Origin: an uncultured Chitinophagales bacterium
Lineage (GTDB): Bacteria; Bacteroidota; Bacteroidia; Chitinophagales; CAZNGA01
DNA length: 64,000 bases
Reading direction: 5' to 3'
Assembly (NCBI GenBank): GCA_964572485.1
Contig: CAZNGA010000005.1
Location: 8,400-72,399 of the forward strand
In this document: in pieces, positions 38,612 to 48,190 of the stretch
How the letters are laid out: every line of letters begins with the position of its first letter
Numbering within the stretch: the stretch's first letter is position 1
Program-made: the position numbers and the translations under genes
Notes under the pieces: model-generated
Told to the model about the DNA's origin: nothing
Seen by the model: the letters and a program-made list of their open reading frames with translations, nothing else
The model's database searches: none

Positions 38612-40465
38612 ATGGATAGTTTTGTCGTCTCGGCTAGAAAATACAGACCCTCGAAGTTTGATGAAGTGGTTGGTCAGCAACTGATCACCACAACTCTTAA
38701 GAATTCAATCAAGAATAACCATTTGGCACAGTCTTTCCTTTTTTGCGGCCCTAGAGGTGTTGGAAAAACAACTTGTGCCCGAATTCTTGCTAAAATAATC
38801 AACTGCGCTCATCACACAGAAGAGGTGGAAGCTTGTAATGAGTGCGATTCATGCAAATCATTTAATCAAAATAGCTCTTTTAATATCCACGAACTTGATG
38901 CAGCATCCAATAATTCGGTTGATGATATAAGAAATTTGATCGACCAGGTACGCTATCCTCCCCAGTCAGGTAAATATAAAATATACATAATTGATGAAGT
39001 CCATATGCTCTCCCAAAGTGCTTTTAATGCTTTTTTAAAAACACTCGAAGAACCACCTTCTTATGCAATATTCATATTGGCTACTACCGAAAAGCAAAAG
39101 ATCATCCCTACCATCTTGTCAAGGTGCCAGATCTTTGATTTTAACAGAATTCAACAAGATGATATTTATGGCCACCTAGACAAAATAAGCCAAAAGGAAA
39201 ACGTATCGTATGAAGCTGAAGGATTGCATATTATTGCTCAAAAAGCAGATGGCTCCTTACGGGATGCCCTTTCTATCTTTGATAGACTCGTAAGTTATTC
39301 AAGTGGGAAGATCATTTATGTGGATGTTCTGGATAACCTTAACGTACTTGATTACGATTACTATTTTAAACTTACGGCCTTCTTCCTATCGGAAAATACC
39401 TCGGGTGCACTCAATCTATTTAATGAAATTCTTCAAAAAGGTTTCGATGGAGATGTATTTATTAATGGAATGGCTGCCCATTACCGAGATCTACTAATTT
39501 GCAAGGATCCTGAGACAATAGACCTGCTACATGTAAGTGAAGCCCTTAAAGGTAAGTATGAAGAACAAGCCGCTATTACCCCTACTTCATTTTTGATCAA
39601 TGCGATCAATATTTGCAACCAATGTGATGTTCATTACAGGATGAGCAAAAATCAACGACTGCACGTTGAGTTGAGTTTAATTAAGTTAGCTTACCTGAAT
39701 GCTACAATAGACATGGGAGCAACAATGATTCTGCAAGAAGGAGATCTAAAAAAAAAACAACCAACTCCCAAAGCAAACCTGATTGAAACTAAACCGTCTC
39801 CACCCGGGCAAGCTGCAACCTCAAGCTCATCTGAAAAAGATTTGAAATCCATAGAAAAAAGTGATGGTCCCAAAGAGGGTAAGGTCATTGAAGAAAAAAA
39901 GCAAGAGGAAAAATCTACTCCTCAAGCTACCAATGATCCTGAAGAAGAAAGCACTTATTCTTCTGTAAAGATCACTTCACTTGAAGAACTGAACTCAAAG
40001 ATTGATCAAACTAATACTGAAAATAATAATAAAGAAGAAACCAAAGAGGATCAGGATGAAAATGAAGATCAGCAAGGTTCAGCAGTTCAAATTGATGAAG
40101 CAGCCTTGGTAGAGCATTGGAGGGCCTTTAGTGAAAAAGTAAAGGGTCAAAACAAAATGAGTTTGTACTCATTACTTCACAATACAACACCTTCTGTTAA
40201 AGATAAAAATATCGTTGAGGTAGTTGTGGAGAATAAGCTCATGGAACAGCATCTTAAGGAAACCAAACAGGACTTGCTTGACTTCTTAAGAAATGAGTTA
40301 AACGAGGAACATCTTAAAATAGAGATCCGCTTAATGGAAAGAGAGAAAAATGAGGGCTCAGAAAAGCAACCCTATACCGCCAGAGAGAAGTTTGATTACA
40401 TGGCCAAACAAAATCCTGAAATAAAAAAAATGGTGAAAAAGTTGGATTTAGAACTTGAATTATAG
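38612..40465 (+). CDS. dnaX: DNA polymerase III subunit gamma/tau
   Basis: ARKYRP, GPRGVGKTT, CNECDSC, ELDAASNN, IDEVHML, TILSRCQ, GSLRDA; charged linker and C-terminal domain. Confidence 0.97.
   Translation: MDSFVVSARKYRPSKFDEVVGQQLITTTLKNSIKNNHLAQSFLFCGPRGVGKTTCARILAKIINCAHHTEEVEACNECDSCKSFNQNSSFNIHELDAASNNSVDDIRNLIDQVRYPPQSGKYKIYIIDEVHMLSQSAFNAFLKTLEEPPSYAIFILATTEKQKIIPTILSRCQIFDFNRIQQDDIYGHLDKISQKENVSYEAEGLHIIAQKADGSLRDALSIFDRLVSYSSGKIIYVDVLDNLNVLDYDYYFKLTAFFLSENTSGALNLFNEILQKGFDGDVFINGMAAHYRDLLICKDPETIDLLHVSEALKGKYEEQAAITPTSFLINAINICNQCDVHYRMSKNQRLHVELSLIKLAYLNATIDMGATMILQEGDLKKKQPTPKANLIETKPSPPGQAATSSSSEKDLKSIEKSDGPKEGKVIEEKKQEEKSTPQATNDPEEESTYSSVKITSLEELNSKIDQTNTENNNKEETKEDQDENEDQQGSAVQIDEAALVEHWRAFSEKVKGQNKMSLYSLLHNTTPSVKDKNIVEVVVENKLMEQHLKETKQDLLDFLRNELNEEHLKIEIRLMEREKNEGSEKQPYTAREKFDYMAKQNPEIKKMVKKLDLELEL
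39748..39757 (+). other. A10 run in dnaX, candidate recoding (slippage) site
   Basis: CT-AAAAAAAAAA-C at codons 379-382; both shifted frames stop within 10 codons. Confidence 0.6.
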
Positions 40466-40554
40466 TAATTGCGACAAATTTGCTACTACAAGTTGCTCTT
40501 AGTACCAGTTGCATTCAAAACCTATCTTAATTAGATAAAGTCGAAATTAAATTC

Positions 40555-42618
40555 ATGAAATCAATTATCATTATCATTACTATGCTTTTTTTAGGGTATG
40601 TGCAACTTTATGGAGTAGATACAAAGAGAGATATAAAGGGAGCTGAAAAGTTGATTAACAAAGCAGACAAGCTTTTGGAGAAGAATTATCTGCCACTGTA
40701 TAGCCAAGCACTAGAATTATATTTGGAAGCCATTAAACTGGATACAAAAAATGCAATGCTCAATTTCAAAATTGGGGCCTGTTATATCAGCTCGATTGAA
40801 AAGTCAAAAGCATTGCCCTACTTCTTAAAAGCTCTGGAACTTGATCCTCAAGTAAATGATGAGACTTATTTTTTGGTGGGTAAGATCTACCATCTAAATT
40901 ACAAATTTGATAAAGCAATATCTTACTATAACAAGTATAAGGCTATTCTTACACCTATAGAGCTAACAAATAAAAAGGTATTAAGGATCATCTCTGAAGC
41001 GATAAGAGGGTATAAACCCTTTGAATTATCAGAAGAGGTGGAGATAAAGAATATCGTTAAGATCATTGAAAAAAGGGTCTACGAATGTGAAAGTGGGAAA
41101 AAATTCTTTGAAAATCCCGTCGAAGCCATTGTTACCAATGTCAGCTCAAGACTTAATTCATCTTATCCCGATTACGTTCCTGTAATTTCTGCTGATGAAT
41201 CTGTAATGTATTTTACTTCAAGAAAAAGCACTACTACCGGGGGGAAAAGAGATAAATTCGATGGCAATTTCTTTGAGGACATATATGTTTCTCATCGCCA
41301 CCAAAGACAATGGAGTGAACCAAAAAATCTCGGCCCCCCTATTAATACTGAATCTCATGATGCTGCAGTTGGCCTATCTCATGATGGTCAGATATTGTAC
41401 ATTTTTAAAGATGAAAACCGTGGAGATATTTTCGAATGTAACCTTCAGGGAACTGAGTGGAGCAAACCAAGAAGTATGAAAGAGATCAATTCTAAATACA
41501 AAGAGGGTTCGGCAGCTATCTCCGCCGATGGTAAAAAGTTCTTTTTCACTAGCAATAGAGAAGGGACCTATGGGGGCATGGATATTTATATTTGCGGGTT
41601 AATGGAAAATGGGAAGTGGGGCGAACCCACCAATATGGGACCTAATATTAACACCGAATATGATGAAGATGGTGTTTTCTTTCATCCCAATGGAAAAACC
41701 TTATATTTTAGCTCAACGGGCCATAATTCTATGGGTGAATACGATATCTTCAAAGCCGATTTTATTGGTGATACGATGTGGACCAAACCGGTAAACCTGG
41801 GATATCCTATTAATACTACCGGTGATGACATTTTTTATGTCCTTTCTGCCAGCGGCCTACATGGCTACTATTCATCGTCCCGCAAAGGTGGGTCCGGTGA
41901 AAAAGATATCTATATGATCACCATGCCCCAGGAAATGAGTATCAAGGGAAAAGATATTGAACGGGACCCTGTTAATCCTCTAACTCTCGTAAAAGGTATT
42001 ATAGTTGACGCCGTAACTCAGGTTCCAATTGAGGCAGATATCGAAGTGACAAATAATAGTATGATAAAGGTCATCTCCAAACTGAAGTCAAATAGTAAAA
42101 CAGGGAAGTATATTATCGCCCTCCCCTCGGGAAAAAACTATGGGATCTCTGTAAAAAAAGCGGGATACCTTTTCCACTCTGAAAATTTCAATATCGACCC
42201 CTCTACCGATTATAGAGAAGTAGTCATTAAGATCGAATTAAAAAAATTAGAAGTTGGCTCTAAGGTGGTTCTAAAGAATTGCTTCTTTGATTTTGGTAAT
42301 GCTGTCCTTACCGTGGAATCTGTGGCCGAACTGAATAGGTTGATCACCTTGCTACGAGAAGTACCTGAAATGAAAATTGAAGTCTCAGGCCATACAGATG
42401 ATAAAGGTAGTGCAGAGTTCAACAAGGAACTATCAACTAAAAGAGCCCAGGCAGTTGTGGATTTCCTTGTGGAATATGGAATTGATCGCAGCAGACTAAC
42501 TGCTGTAGGTTATGGTGAAGAAAAGCCGGTGACATTAAATACCAACATTGATGGAAGTGATAACCCTGATGGAAGACAGATAAATAGACGAGTTGAATTT
42601 GAAATAATTGAAAATTAG
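40555..42618 (+). CDS. TPR + PD40 + OmpA-C domain protein (PorE-like architecture)
   Basis: N-terminal TPRs, repeated P.ISADG/PFFHPNG PD40 units, C-terminal SGHTDDKG...NRRVEFEI peptidoglycan-binding domain. Confidence 0.85.
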   Translation: MKSIIIIITMLFLGYVQLYGVDTKRDIKGAEKLINKADKLLEKNYLPLYSQALELYLEAIKLDTKNAMLNFKIGACYISSIEKSKALPYFLKALELDPQVNDETYFLVGKIYHLNYKFDKAISYYNKYKAILTPIELTNKKVLRIISEAIRGYKPFELSEEVEIKNIVKIIEKRVYECESGKKFFENPVEAIVTNVSSRLNSSYPDYVPVISADESVMYFTSRKSTTTGGKRDKFDGNFFEDIYVSHRHQRQWSEPKNLGPPINTESHDAAVGLSHDGQILYIFKDENRGDIFECNLQGTEWSKPRSMKEINSKYKEGSAAISADGKKFFFTSNREGTYGGMDIYICGLMENGKWGEPTNMGPNINTEYDEDGVFFHPNGKTLYFSSTGHNSMGEYDIFKADFIGDTMWTKPVNLGYPINTTGDDIFYVLSASGLHGYYSSSRKGGSGEKDIYMITMPQEMSIKGKDIERDPVNPLTLVKGIIVDAVTQVPIEADIEVTNNSMIKVISKLKSNSKTGKYIIALPSGKNYGISVKKAGYLFHSENFNIDPSTDYREVVIKIELKKLEVGSKVVLKNCFFDFGNAVLTVESVAELNRLITLLREVPEMKIEVSGHTDDKGSAEFNKELSTKRAQAVVDFLVEYGIDRSRLTAVGYGEEKPVTLNTNIDGSDNPDGRQINRRVEFEIIEN

Positions 42619-42655
42619 AGAATCCCCTTCTTACTTTGACAAGTTTTCCTATGGA

Positions 42656-42949
42656 TTAATAGAAGCTTATTTTCAAGATACAATTGATAGGGATATGAAT
42701 TCCTCCTTTCAGCGTGATGTTCTTTTCAGTAACCGCCCAGATGGTTGTTTCAACTTGCTTGATGCCCTTGAGTGTCTTAAATATAACCTTTACCTTGCGC
42801 CTGAAGGAATTACCAAGAATCAATGCCTTGTGTAAATTTAGATCCCGATGTTCAACATCCATACCGGAATCCAATACTTCATTATCTGGAAAGTTAAAGT
42901 CGGTTACTGATTCTTTTTCTATGACTTCGAAAGATTTAGTTTCAGCCAT
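42656..42949 (-). CDS. Conserved Bacteroidota hypothetical protein
   Basis: 97 aa; LGN..RRKVKVIF...VETTIWAVT...ITLKGGIHIPINCI matches a small family recalled from Bacteroidota. Confidence 0.7.
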   Translation of the reverse strand: MAETKSFEVIEKESVTDFNFPDNEVLDSGMDVEHRDLNLHKALILGNSFRRKVKVIFKTLKGIKQVETTIWAVTEKNITLKGGIHIPINCILKISFY

Positions 42950-43070
42950 TTATACCTCCTTTTTAAATTACTAAATGGAAGATGGTCAAAGGACACAACT
43001 ACTATTTTACTAAAATAACTCCATGAACATTGAATTATTCTAAATAAACTAATGTTATAAAATGTAGTAG

Positions 43071-43078
43071 TATCTTTG
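43071..43078 (+). promoter_or_regulatory. -7 promoter box (TATCTTTG)
   Basis: Exact TAnnTTTG 61 bp upstream of the CoA-binding protein start. Confidence 0.6.
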
Positions 43079-43138
43079 CCTGTGCTATATTAAAGTTAAT
43101 CAAATAAAATTAATAATCAAAATAAATTACCAGGAATC

Positions 43139-43501
43139 ATGACAAAGAAAACGATTGTAATTGGCGCATCAACTAATCCTGAAAGATACTCCTACAAGGC
43201 TGTCACGCAATTGAAAGAACATAATGTTGAGGTGATCCCCTTTGGTGTTAAAAAGGGTGAGATACAAGGGGTAGCCATACAAAATGAATTAAAAGATTTT
43301 GAAGATATACATACCATTACCCTCTATCTAAATCAAGAAAGACAACAGCAATACTATGACTATATTATTTCGCTTCACCCAAAACGTATAATTTTCAATC
43401 CGGGTGCAGAGAATGCTGAGTTTAAACAATTGGCCAATGAACAAGGTATTGAGACGGTTGAAGCGTGCACATTGGTAATGCTTTCTACAGGACAATTCTA
43501 A
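43139..43501 (+). CDS. CoA-binding protein (YccU-like)
   Basis: TIVIGASTNPERYSY, TITLYL, RIIFNPGAEN, EACTLVMLSTGQF. Confidence 0.92.
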   Translation: MTKKTIVIGASTNPERYSYKAVTQLKEHNVEVIPFGVKKGEIQGVAIQNELKDFEDIHTITLYLNQERQQQYYDYIISLHPKRIIFNPGAENAEFKQLANEQGIETVEACTLVMLSTGQF

Positions 43502-43583
43502 AAATATACCCCTTCCTTTCAATTTATTTTCTCTTTATATTTATGGAATCATTGCTATTGGAACATCTAATCAATAAAAAGTT

Positions 43584-45185
43584 ATGAAAAGATCAATTAT
43601 TCTAACCATTATTTTCTTTGCCTCTTTTCAAAGTTTTGCTGAAGGCAAGAAAACCGCGACAACCAAACTTTCATCTGTAACTGTTTATAGAAGAGGTGCA
43701 GAGATCAATAGATCATCAAAAGTGAAAGTATCCCCCGGGATCTCAAGGATCATATTTGAGGGGTTATCCCAAAAGGTGAACCAAAGGTCAATACAATTAA
43801 GCAGTTCAACGAACATTACCATTTTATCGGTTGAATATCAACTTAATTACCTCAGTTCAAAAAGAAAGTCTAAGAAATATATTGCTGTTGAAGATTCTTT
43901 GGAATTGGTGAAGTATAACCTGGCCGTCATTGGCAATCATAAATTTGTTTTGAAATCTGAAGAGGATATGCTGCGCGCCAATCAAAAAATTGGAGGTATA
44001 AACACAGGTGTATCAGTTACTGAACTTCAACGTGCCATTGAATATTTCAGAACCAGAATGGTAAAATTGAAAGAGGACCTTTTGGGTCTATTGAAAAAAG
44101 AGAAAACCCTGAACGAGCTTACAGCTAAATTGCAAAAGCAGTTGAATGAATTGAATGAGAAGATCAATCAACCAACCGGTGAGGTGGTCGCACTTATTTC
44201 TTCTAAAGCTTCAGCTACAGTTGACTTTAAAATCAGCTATTTGATCAGTGAAGCCGGCTGGTCACCCATGTATGACCTTAGGGCTCAAAGTATTAAAAAA
44301 CCTGTACAACTCACCTATAAAGCCAATGTATACCAAAATTCAGGGGTGAATTGGGATCATGTAAACATGACTATTTCTACAGGCAATCCGACAGTGAACG
44401 CTACTAAACCGGTTTTACGTACCTGGTTCATAGATTTTGTCACTTACCCAAAGGACGCCTCCTTACAACAAAAAGGATCTCGTTTAATGAACATGGCCAA
44501 CACTGCCGGAAGATACTTTGACGAAGAGGAGATAGTAGATGCATCTGTTTCCAATTATACAACAGTAACGGAATCACAATTGAGTACAACTTTTGAGATC
44601 GATCTGCCTTACGACATACCATCAGATGGCAAGGCTCATATGGTAGCCATGAAAGAATATGAGCTTCCTGCAGTTTACAAGTACTTTGCTGTACCTAAAT
44701 TGGATAGAGATGCTTTTTTACTGGCACGAGTTACGAAATGGGAGAAGTTGAGTTTACTACCCGGACAGGCAAATATTTTCTTTGAAGAAGCATTTGTAGG
44801 CAACTCACTAATAGATCCTAGAACTGCCACAAATGATACTTTAGATTTCTCTCTTGGCAGAGATAAGAAGATCATCATTAAAAGGGAGTTAGTCCAGGAT
44901 TTAACTCATAAAAAGGTAATAGGAGCTAATAAAAAGGAAACTATGACCTATGAGATCAGCATCCGTAACACCAAAAAAGATGATATTAATATCATCATTC
45001 TTGACCAATTACCTATCTCAAAGAACAAAGAGATACAGGTCGCATTGATAGAGAATAGTGATGCTACATACAATGAATCAAAAGGCGAACTGTCCTGGAA
45101 TATTAAGGTGCAGCCAACGGAGCGTAGAAAGATAAAATTTGCATATTTCGTAAAATATCCAAAGGGTAAGACCATTAATCATTAA
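43584..45185 (+). CDS. DUF4140/DUF4139 (MuiA-like) secreted protein
   Basis: SVTVYRRGAEINR, AGWSPMYDLRA, YFAVPKLD..AFLLA, LLPGQANIFFE, DFSLGRD. Confidence 0.9.
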   Translation: MKRSIILTIIFFASFQSFAEGKKTATTKLSSVTVYRRGAEINRSSKVKVSPGISRIIFEGLSQKVNQRSIQLSSSTNITILSVEYQLNYLSSKRKSKKYIAVEDSLELVKYNLAVIGNHKFVLKSEEDMLRANQKIGGINTGVSVTELQRAIEYFRTRMVKLKEDLLGLLKKEKTLNELTAKLQKQLNELNEKINQPTGEVVALISSKASATVDFKISYLISEAGWSPMYDLRAQSIKKPVQLTYKANVYQNSGVNWDHVNMTISTGNPTVNATKPVLRTWFIDFVTYPKDASLQQKGSRLMNMANTAGRYFDEEEIVDASVSNYTTVTESQLSTTFEIDLPYDIPSDGKAHMVAMKEYELPAVYKYFAVPKLDRDAFLLARVTKWEKLSLLPGQANIFFEEAFVGNSLIDPRTATNDTLDFSLGRDKKIIIKRELVQDLTHKKVIGANKKETMTYEISIRNTKKDDINIIILDQLPISKNKEIQVALIENSDATYNESKGELSWNIKVQPTERRKIKFAYFVKYPKGKTINH

Positions 45186-45208
45186 GCTAATACCAAGGTT
45201 TTATTATT

Positions 45209-46021
45209 ATGAATATCATAGAGTTTCTTCAAGAACTTCATCCTATTACGCAGGCCCTTATTGCCACCATATTTACATGGCTGGTCACTGCTGCAGGAGC
45301 CTCCATTGTGTTCCTTAAAAAAAATATGAGCCGAATGGTATTGGATGGCATGCTGGGTTTTGCAGGTGGTGTTATGATCGCTGCTAGTTACTGGTCATTA
45401 CTGGCACCTGCAATTGAGATGTCAAAGGGGAAATTGCTCCCTGTTTGGTTTCCACCTGCTGTTGGGTTCTTGTTAGGTGCATTATTCCTTTTCTTGCTAG
45501 ATAAAATTCTACCTCACCTGCATATCAATTTTCAGGAATCTGAAAAAGAGGGATTACCCACACAATGGAAAAGGACTACATTGCTTGTTCTTGCAATTAC
45601 ATTGCACAATATCCCGGAAGGATTAGCAGTTGGAGTTGCATTTGGAGCAGCAGCGACCGGATCAGCAAATATAGGGGCTGCCGTTGCATTAGCTATTGGA
45701 ATAGGGTTACAGAATTTCCCGGAAGGCATTGCTGTGGCCATACCTTTAAGACGACTAGGCTTGAGCAGAATAAAAAGTTTTTGGTACGGTCAATTATCAG
45801 GAATGGTGGAACCCCTTGCTGGAATAGCAGGGGCAGCAGCCGTCTTCTATATTGAACCTCTGCTTCCCTATGCGCTCTCCTTTGCTGCAGGTGCTATGAT
45901 CTATGTTGTAGTAGAAGAAGTGATCCCTGAGACCCAAAGAGATAAGTATACCGACATAGCTACACTAGGGCTGATCATAGGATTTATTATTATGATGATA
46001 TTAGATGTTGGGTTAGGGTAG
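45209..46021 (+). CDS. ZIP-family divalent metal transporter (ZupT/GufA-like)
   Basis: GFAGGVMIAAS, ITLHNIPEGLAVG, GIGLQNFPEG, AAGAMIYVVVEEVIPE. Confidence 0.93.
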   Translation: MNIIEFLQELHPITQALIATIFTWLVTAAGASIVFLKKNMSRMVLDGMLGFAGGVMIAASYWSLLAPAIEMSKGKLLPVWFPPAVGFLLGALFLFLLDKILPHLHINFQESEKEGLPTQWKRTTLLVLAITLHNIPEGLAVGVAFGAAATGSANIGAAVALAIGIGLQNFPEGIAVAIPLRRLGLSRIKSFWYGQLSGMVEPLAGIAGAAAVFYIEPLLPYALSFAAGAMIYVVVEEVIPETQRDKYTDIATLGLIIGFIIMMILDVGLG

Positions 46022-46047
46022 CAAAATTATATATTAGCGTTTTATCC

Positions 46048-46055
46048 TAAATTTG
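46048..46055 (+). promoter_or_regulatory. -7 promoter box (TAAATTTG) for smpB
   Basis: Exact match 16 bp upstream of the ATG. Confidence 0.55.
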
Positions 46056-46070
46056 CATTGATAGGGTATC

Positions 46071-46520
46071 ATGGATATAAATATTGTAAATAAAAAAGCC
46101 GGCTTTGAGTTCCATTTATTGGAAAAATTCATTGCAGGGCTTGTATTGACCGGTACAGAGATCAAATCCGTCCGACAAGGAAAAGCAAGTATCAAAGAGG
46201 CGTATTGTCTGTTTCAAAGGGGTGAGCTATGGATTAGGAAAATGCATATTACAGAATATGACAAAGGCACACATTACAATCATGAGCCTACCAGGGAAAG
46301 AAAATTACTACTCGGTAAAAGGGAATTGCGAAAATTAGAAGTAAAGGTCACGGAAAAGGGATTGACCATTATCCCTATCAAATTGTTCATATCTGAAAGA
46401 GGGTTCGCAAAATTGGAGATATCATTGGCAAAAGGCAAGAAAGTCTATGACAAACGACATTCTATCAAGGAAAAAGACCTGAAAAGGGAGATGAAGCGAG
46501 CAGGGAAGCATACCTTCTGA
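46071..46520 (+). CDS. smpB: SsrA-binding protein
   Basis: AGLVLTGTEIKSVR, NHEPTRERKLLL, LAKGKKVYDKR. Confidence 0.97.
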   Translation: MDINIVNKKAGFEFHLLEKFIAGLVLTGTEIKSVRQGKASIKEAYCLFQRGELWIRKMHITEYDKGTHYNHEPTRERKLLLGKRELRKLEVKVTEKGLTIIPIKLFISERGFAKLEISLAKGKKVYDKRHSIKEKDLKREMKRAGKHTF

Positions 46521-46532
46521 ATAAAGCAAAGA

Positions 46533-46570
46533 AACCCTTTTGAAGCAAATTTCTTCACCTCAAAAGGGTT
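46533..46570. terminator. Hairpin between convergent smpB and OMP genes (likely bidirectional terminator)
   Basis: Perfect 11-bp arms aacccttttga / tcaaaagggtt. Confidence 0.65.
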
Positions 46571-46600
46571 ATATATTGAATATTATTTAGCTAATCTAAC

Positions 46601-47290
46601 CTAGAAATACCATCCTAGTGTTACGAATGCACCACCATTTCCAATAGTCATTGTAGAAACTTTGCTTCCTTTGTCTACATCAACATTAGTTGTAGTACCT
46701 CCAGCAACGGTCGTAGAAGTATACTTTCCTACTTTAGCAGTATAATTAGTTAGTCCCCAACTTAATTCAGCACCAATGGCTAAATGATCAGTGAAGAAAA
46801 ATCTAAATCCGCCTAAAACGTTGAAAGTAATTGTTGTAGATCCGCCAGTTTCTCTACTAGATTCATAAGTAGAACTAGCAGCTGCAGATGAAGCTGTGGT
46901 GTCTAATGATGCTTTCCCGCCCATAACGAAACCGAGCTCAGCACCAGTGTAAACATCCAGTTTGTCGCCACCACCTAACACTTTTTCTACTCCTGCTGAG
47001 AGACCAATGCCAGTACCGGTTTTGGATTTAAACTCAGTAGAATCATCTGGAGTAGTAGTTGTACTACCGGTTGCTACACCAAGACTAACTCTAAGTGCCA
47101 TGTCGTCAGCGAGGTAATACCTGAACCCAAGGGTATTCATATTAGATGAACCCCCAACAGTACCGGTAATAAAGTTCGCTAATCCGGCAACAAGCCCTTT
47201 AGAACCGCTTGCTGGTTTTTGGGCAAAAGCGATCATACCAATAAGTACAAAAGCAACTACCAAGAAAGAAATCTTTTTAATGATTTGCAT
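46601..47290 (-). CDS. Small outer-membrane beta-barrel protein
   Basis: Signal peptide, LGFRYYLADDMALR, GGFRFFFTDHLAIGAE, terminal GWYF (BAM signal). Confidence 0.8.
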   Translation of the reverse strand: MQIIKKISFLVVAFVLIGMIAFAQKPASGSKGLVAGLANFITGTVGGSSNMNTLGFRYYLADDMALRVSLGVATGSTTTTPDDSTEFKSKTGTGIGLSAGVEKVLGGGDKLDVYTGAELGFVMGGKASLDTTASSAAASSTYESSRETGGSTTITFNVLGGFRFFFTDHLAIGAELSWGLTNYTAKVGKYTSTTVAGGTTTNVDVDKGSKVSTMTIGNGGAFVTLGWYF

Positions 47291-47527
47291 AACCTAAAAT
47301 TTTAGTTAAATAATTCTTTTTCCATTATTCGAAGATAATAGCAATATTAATTTATAGCCATATCTTTTTTAATCAGCACAAATTTATATTAAAAGATAGG
47401 AAATAAGCAAATAAATTTTATCTTTTTATCAAATATAACGATGTGGATAACTTGGTATTATGGAGTAATTAATAGATGATGTGCCCGCAAATGCTTCTGT
47501 CACTCACTCACACAATCCATGTAATTA

Positions 47528-48172
47528 TTACCACACTTTGCCTTTTAACATTGGAACAAACTTAAAATAATCCCACTCTTCCCGCTTTTGCTCATTATTT
47601 GTGCTTTTTATGATTCTCACCATCTTCTGAATCTTTTTATTGCCGAGAGGAATCACCAAAAAACCATTCACCTTCATTTGAGTAATTAATTGAATGGGTA
47701 TTTCCGTTGAAGCGGCCGTGACAATAATCTTGTCAAAAGGTGCAAATGCAGGTAATCCTTCATGTCCATCCCCAAAGACTACCTTAACATTATATCCCAA
47801 CAGGTCCAACATCTTTTTTGACCGCTCAAATAAAGCTTTCTGCCGTTCTATACTATATACTCTTGCCCCCAACTCAGCTAATACACTTGCCTGATATCCT
47901 GATCCTGTTCCAATTTCCAGCACTTTATCCCCTTCTTTAATATTAAGAAGTTGTGTTTGATATGCTACAGTAAAAGGTTGGGAAATAGTTTGCCCTTCGC
48001 CTATCGGAAATGCTTTATCCTTATATGAAGACTCTACAAATGCATTGTCAAGAAAAAAGTGCCTGGGAATCTTCTCGATGGCTTTCAGAACTGCTTCGTC
48101 TTTTATTCCTTTCTCCCTGATTATCTTTACCAATTTTTTGCGTAATCCCTTATGGCGATAGGTGTCCTTCAT
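47528..48172 (-). CDS. pcm: Protein-L-isoaspartate O-methyltransferase
   Basis: GQTISQP, VLEIGTGSGYQ, APFDKIIVTA, FVPML. Confidence 0.95.
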   Translation of the reverse strand: MKDTYRHKGLRKKLVKIIREKGIKDEAVLKAIEKIPRHFFLDNAFVESSYKDKAFPIGEGQTISQPFTVAYQTQLLNIKEGDKVLEIGTGSGYQASVLAELGARVYSIERQKALFERSKKMLDLLGYNVKVVFGDGHEGLPAFAPFDKIIVTAASTEIPIQLITQMKVNGFLVIPLGNKKIQKMVRIIKSTNNEQKREEWDYFKFVPMLKGKVW

Positions 48173-48190
48173 TGTCCTTTTTATTATCTG

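Noticed and set aside
47442-47450. Perfect DnaA box (TGTGGATAA)
   Set aside because: Single box with no cluster or DUE; not evidence for oriC.
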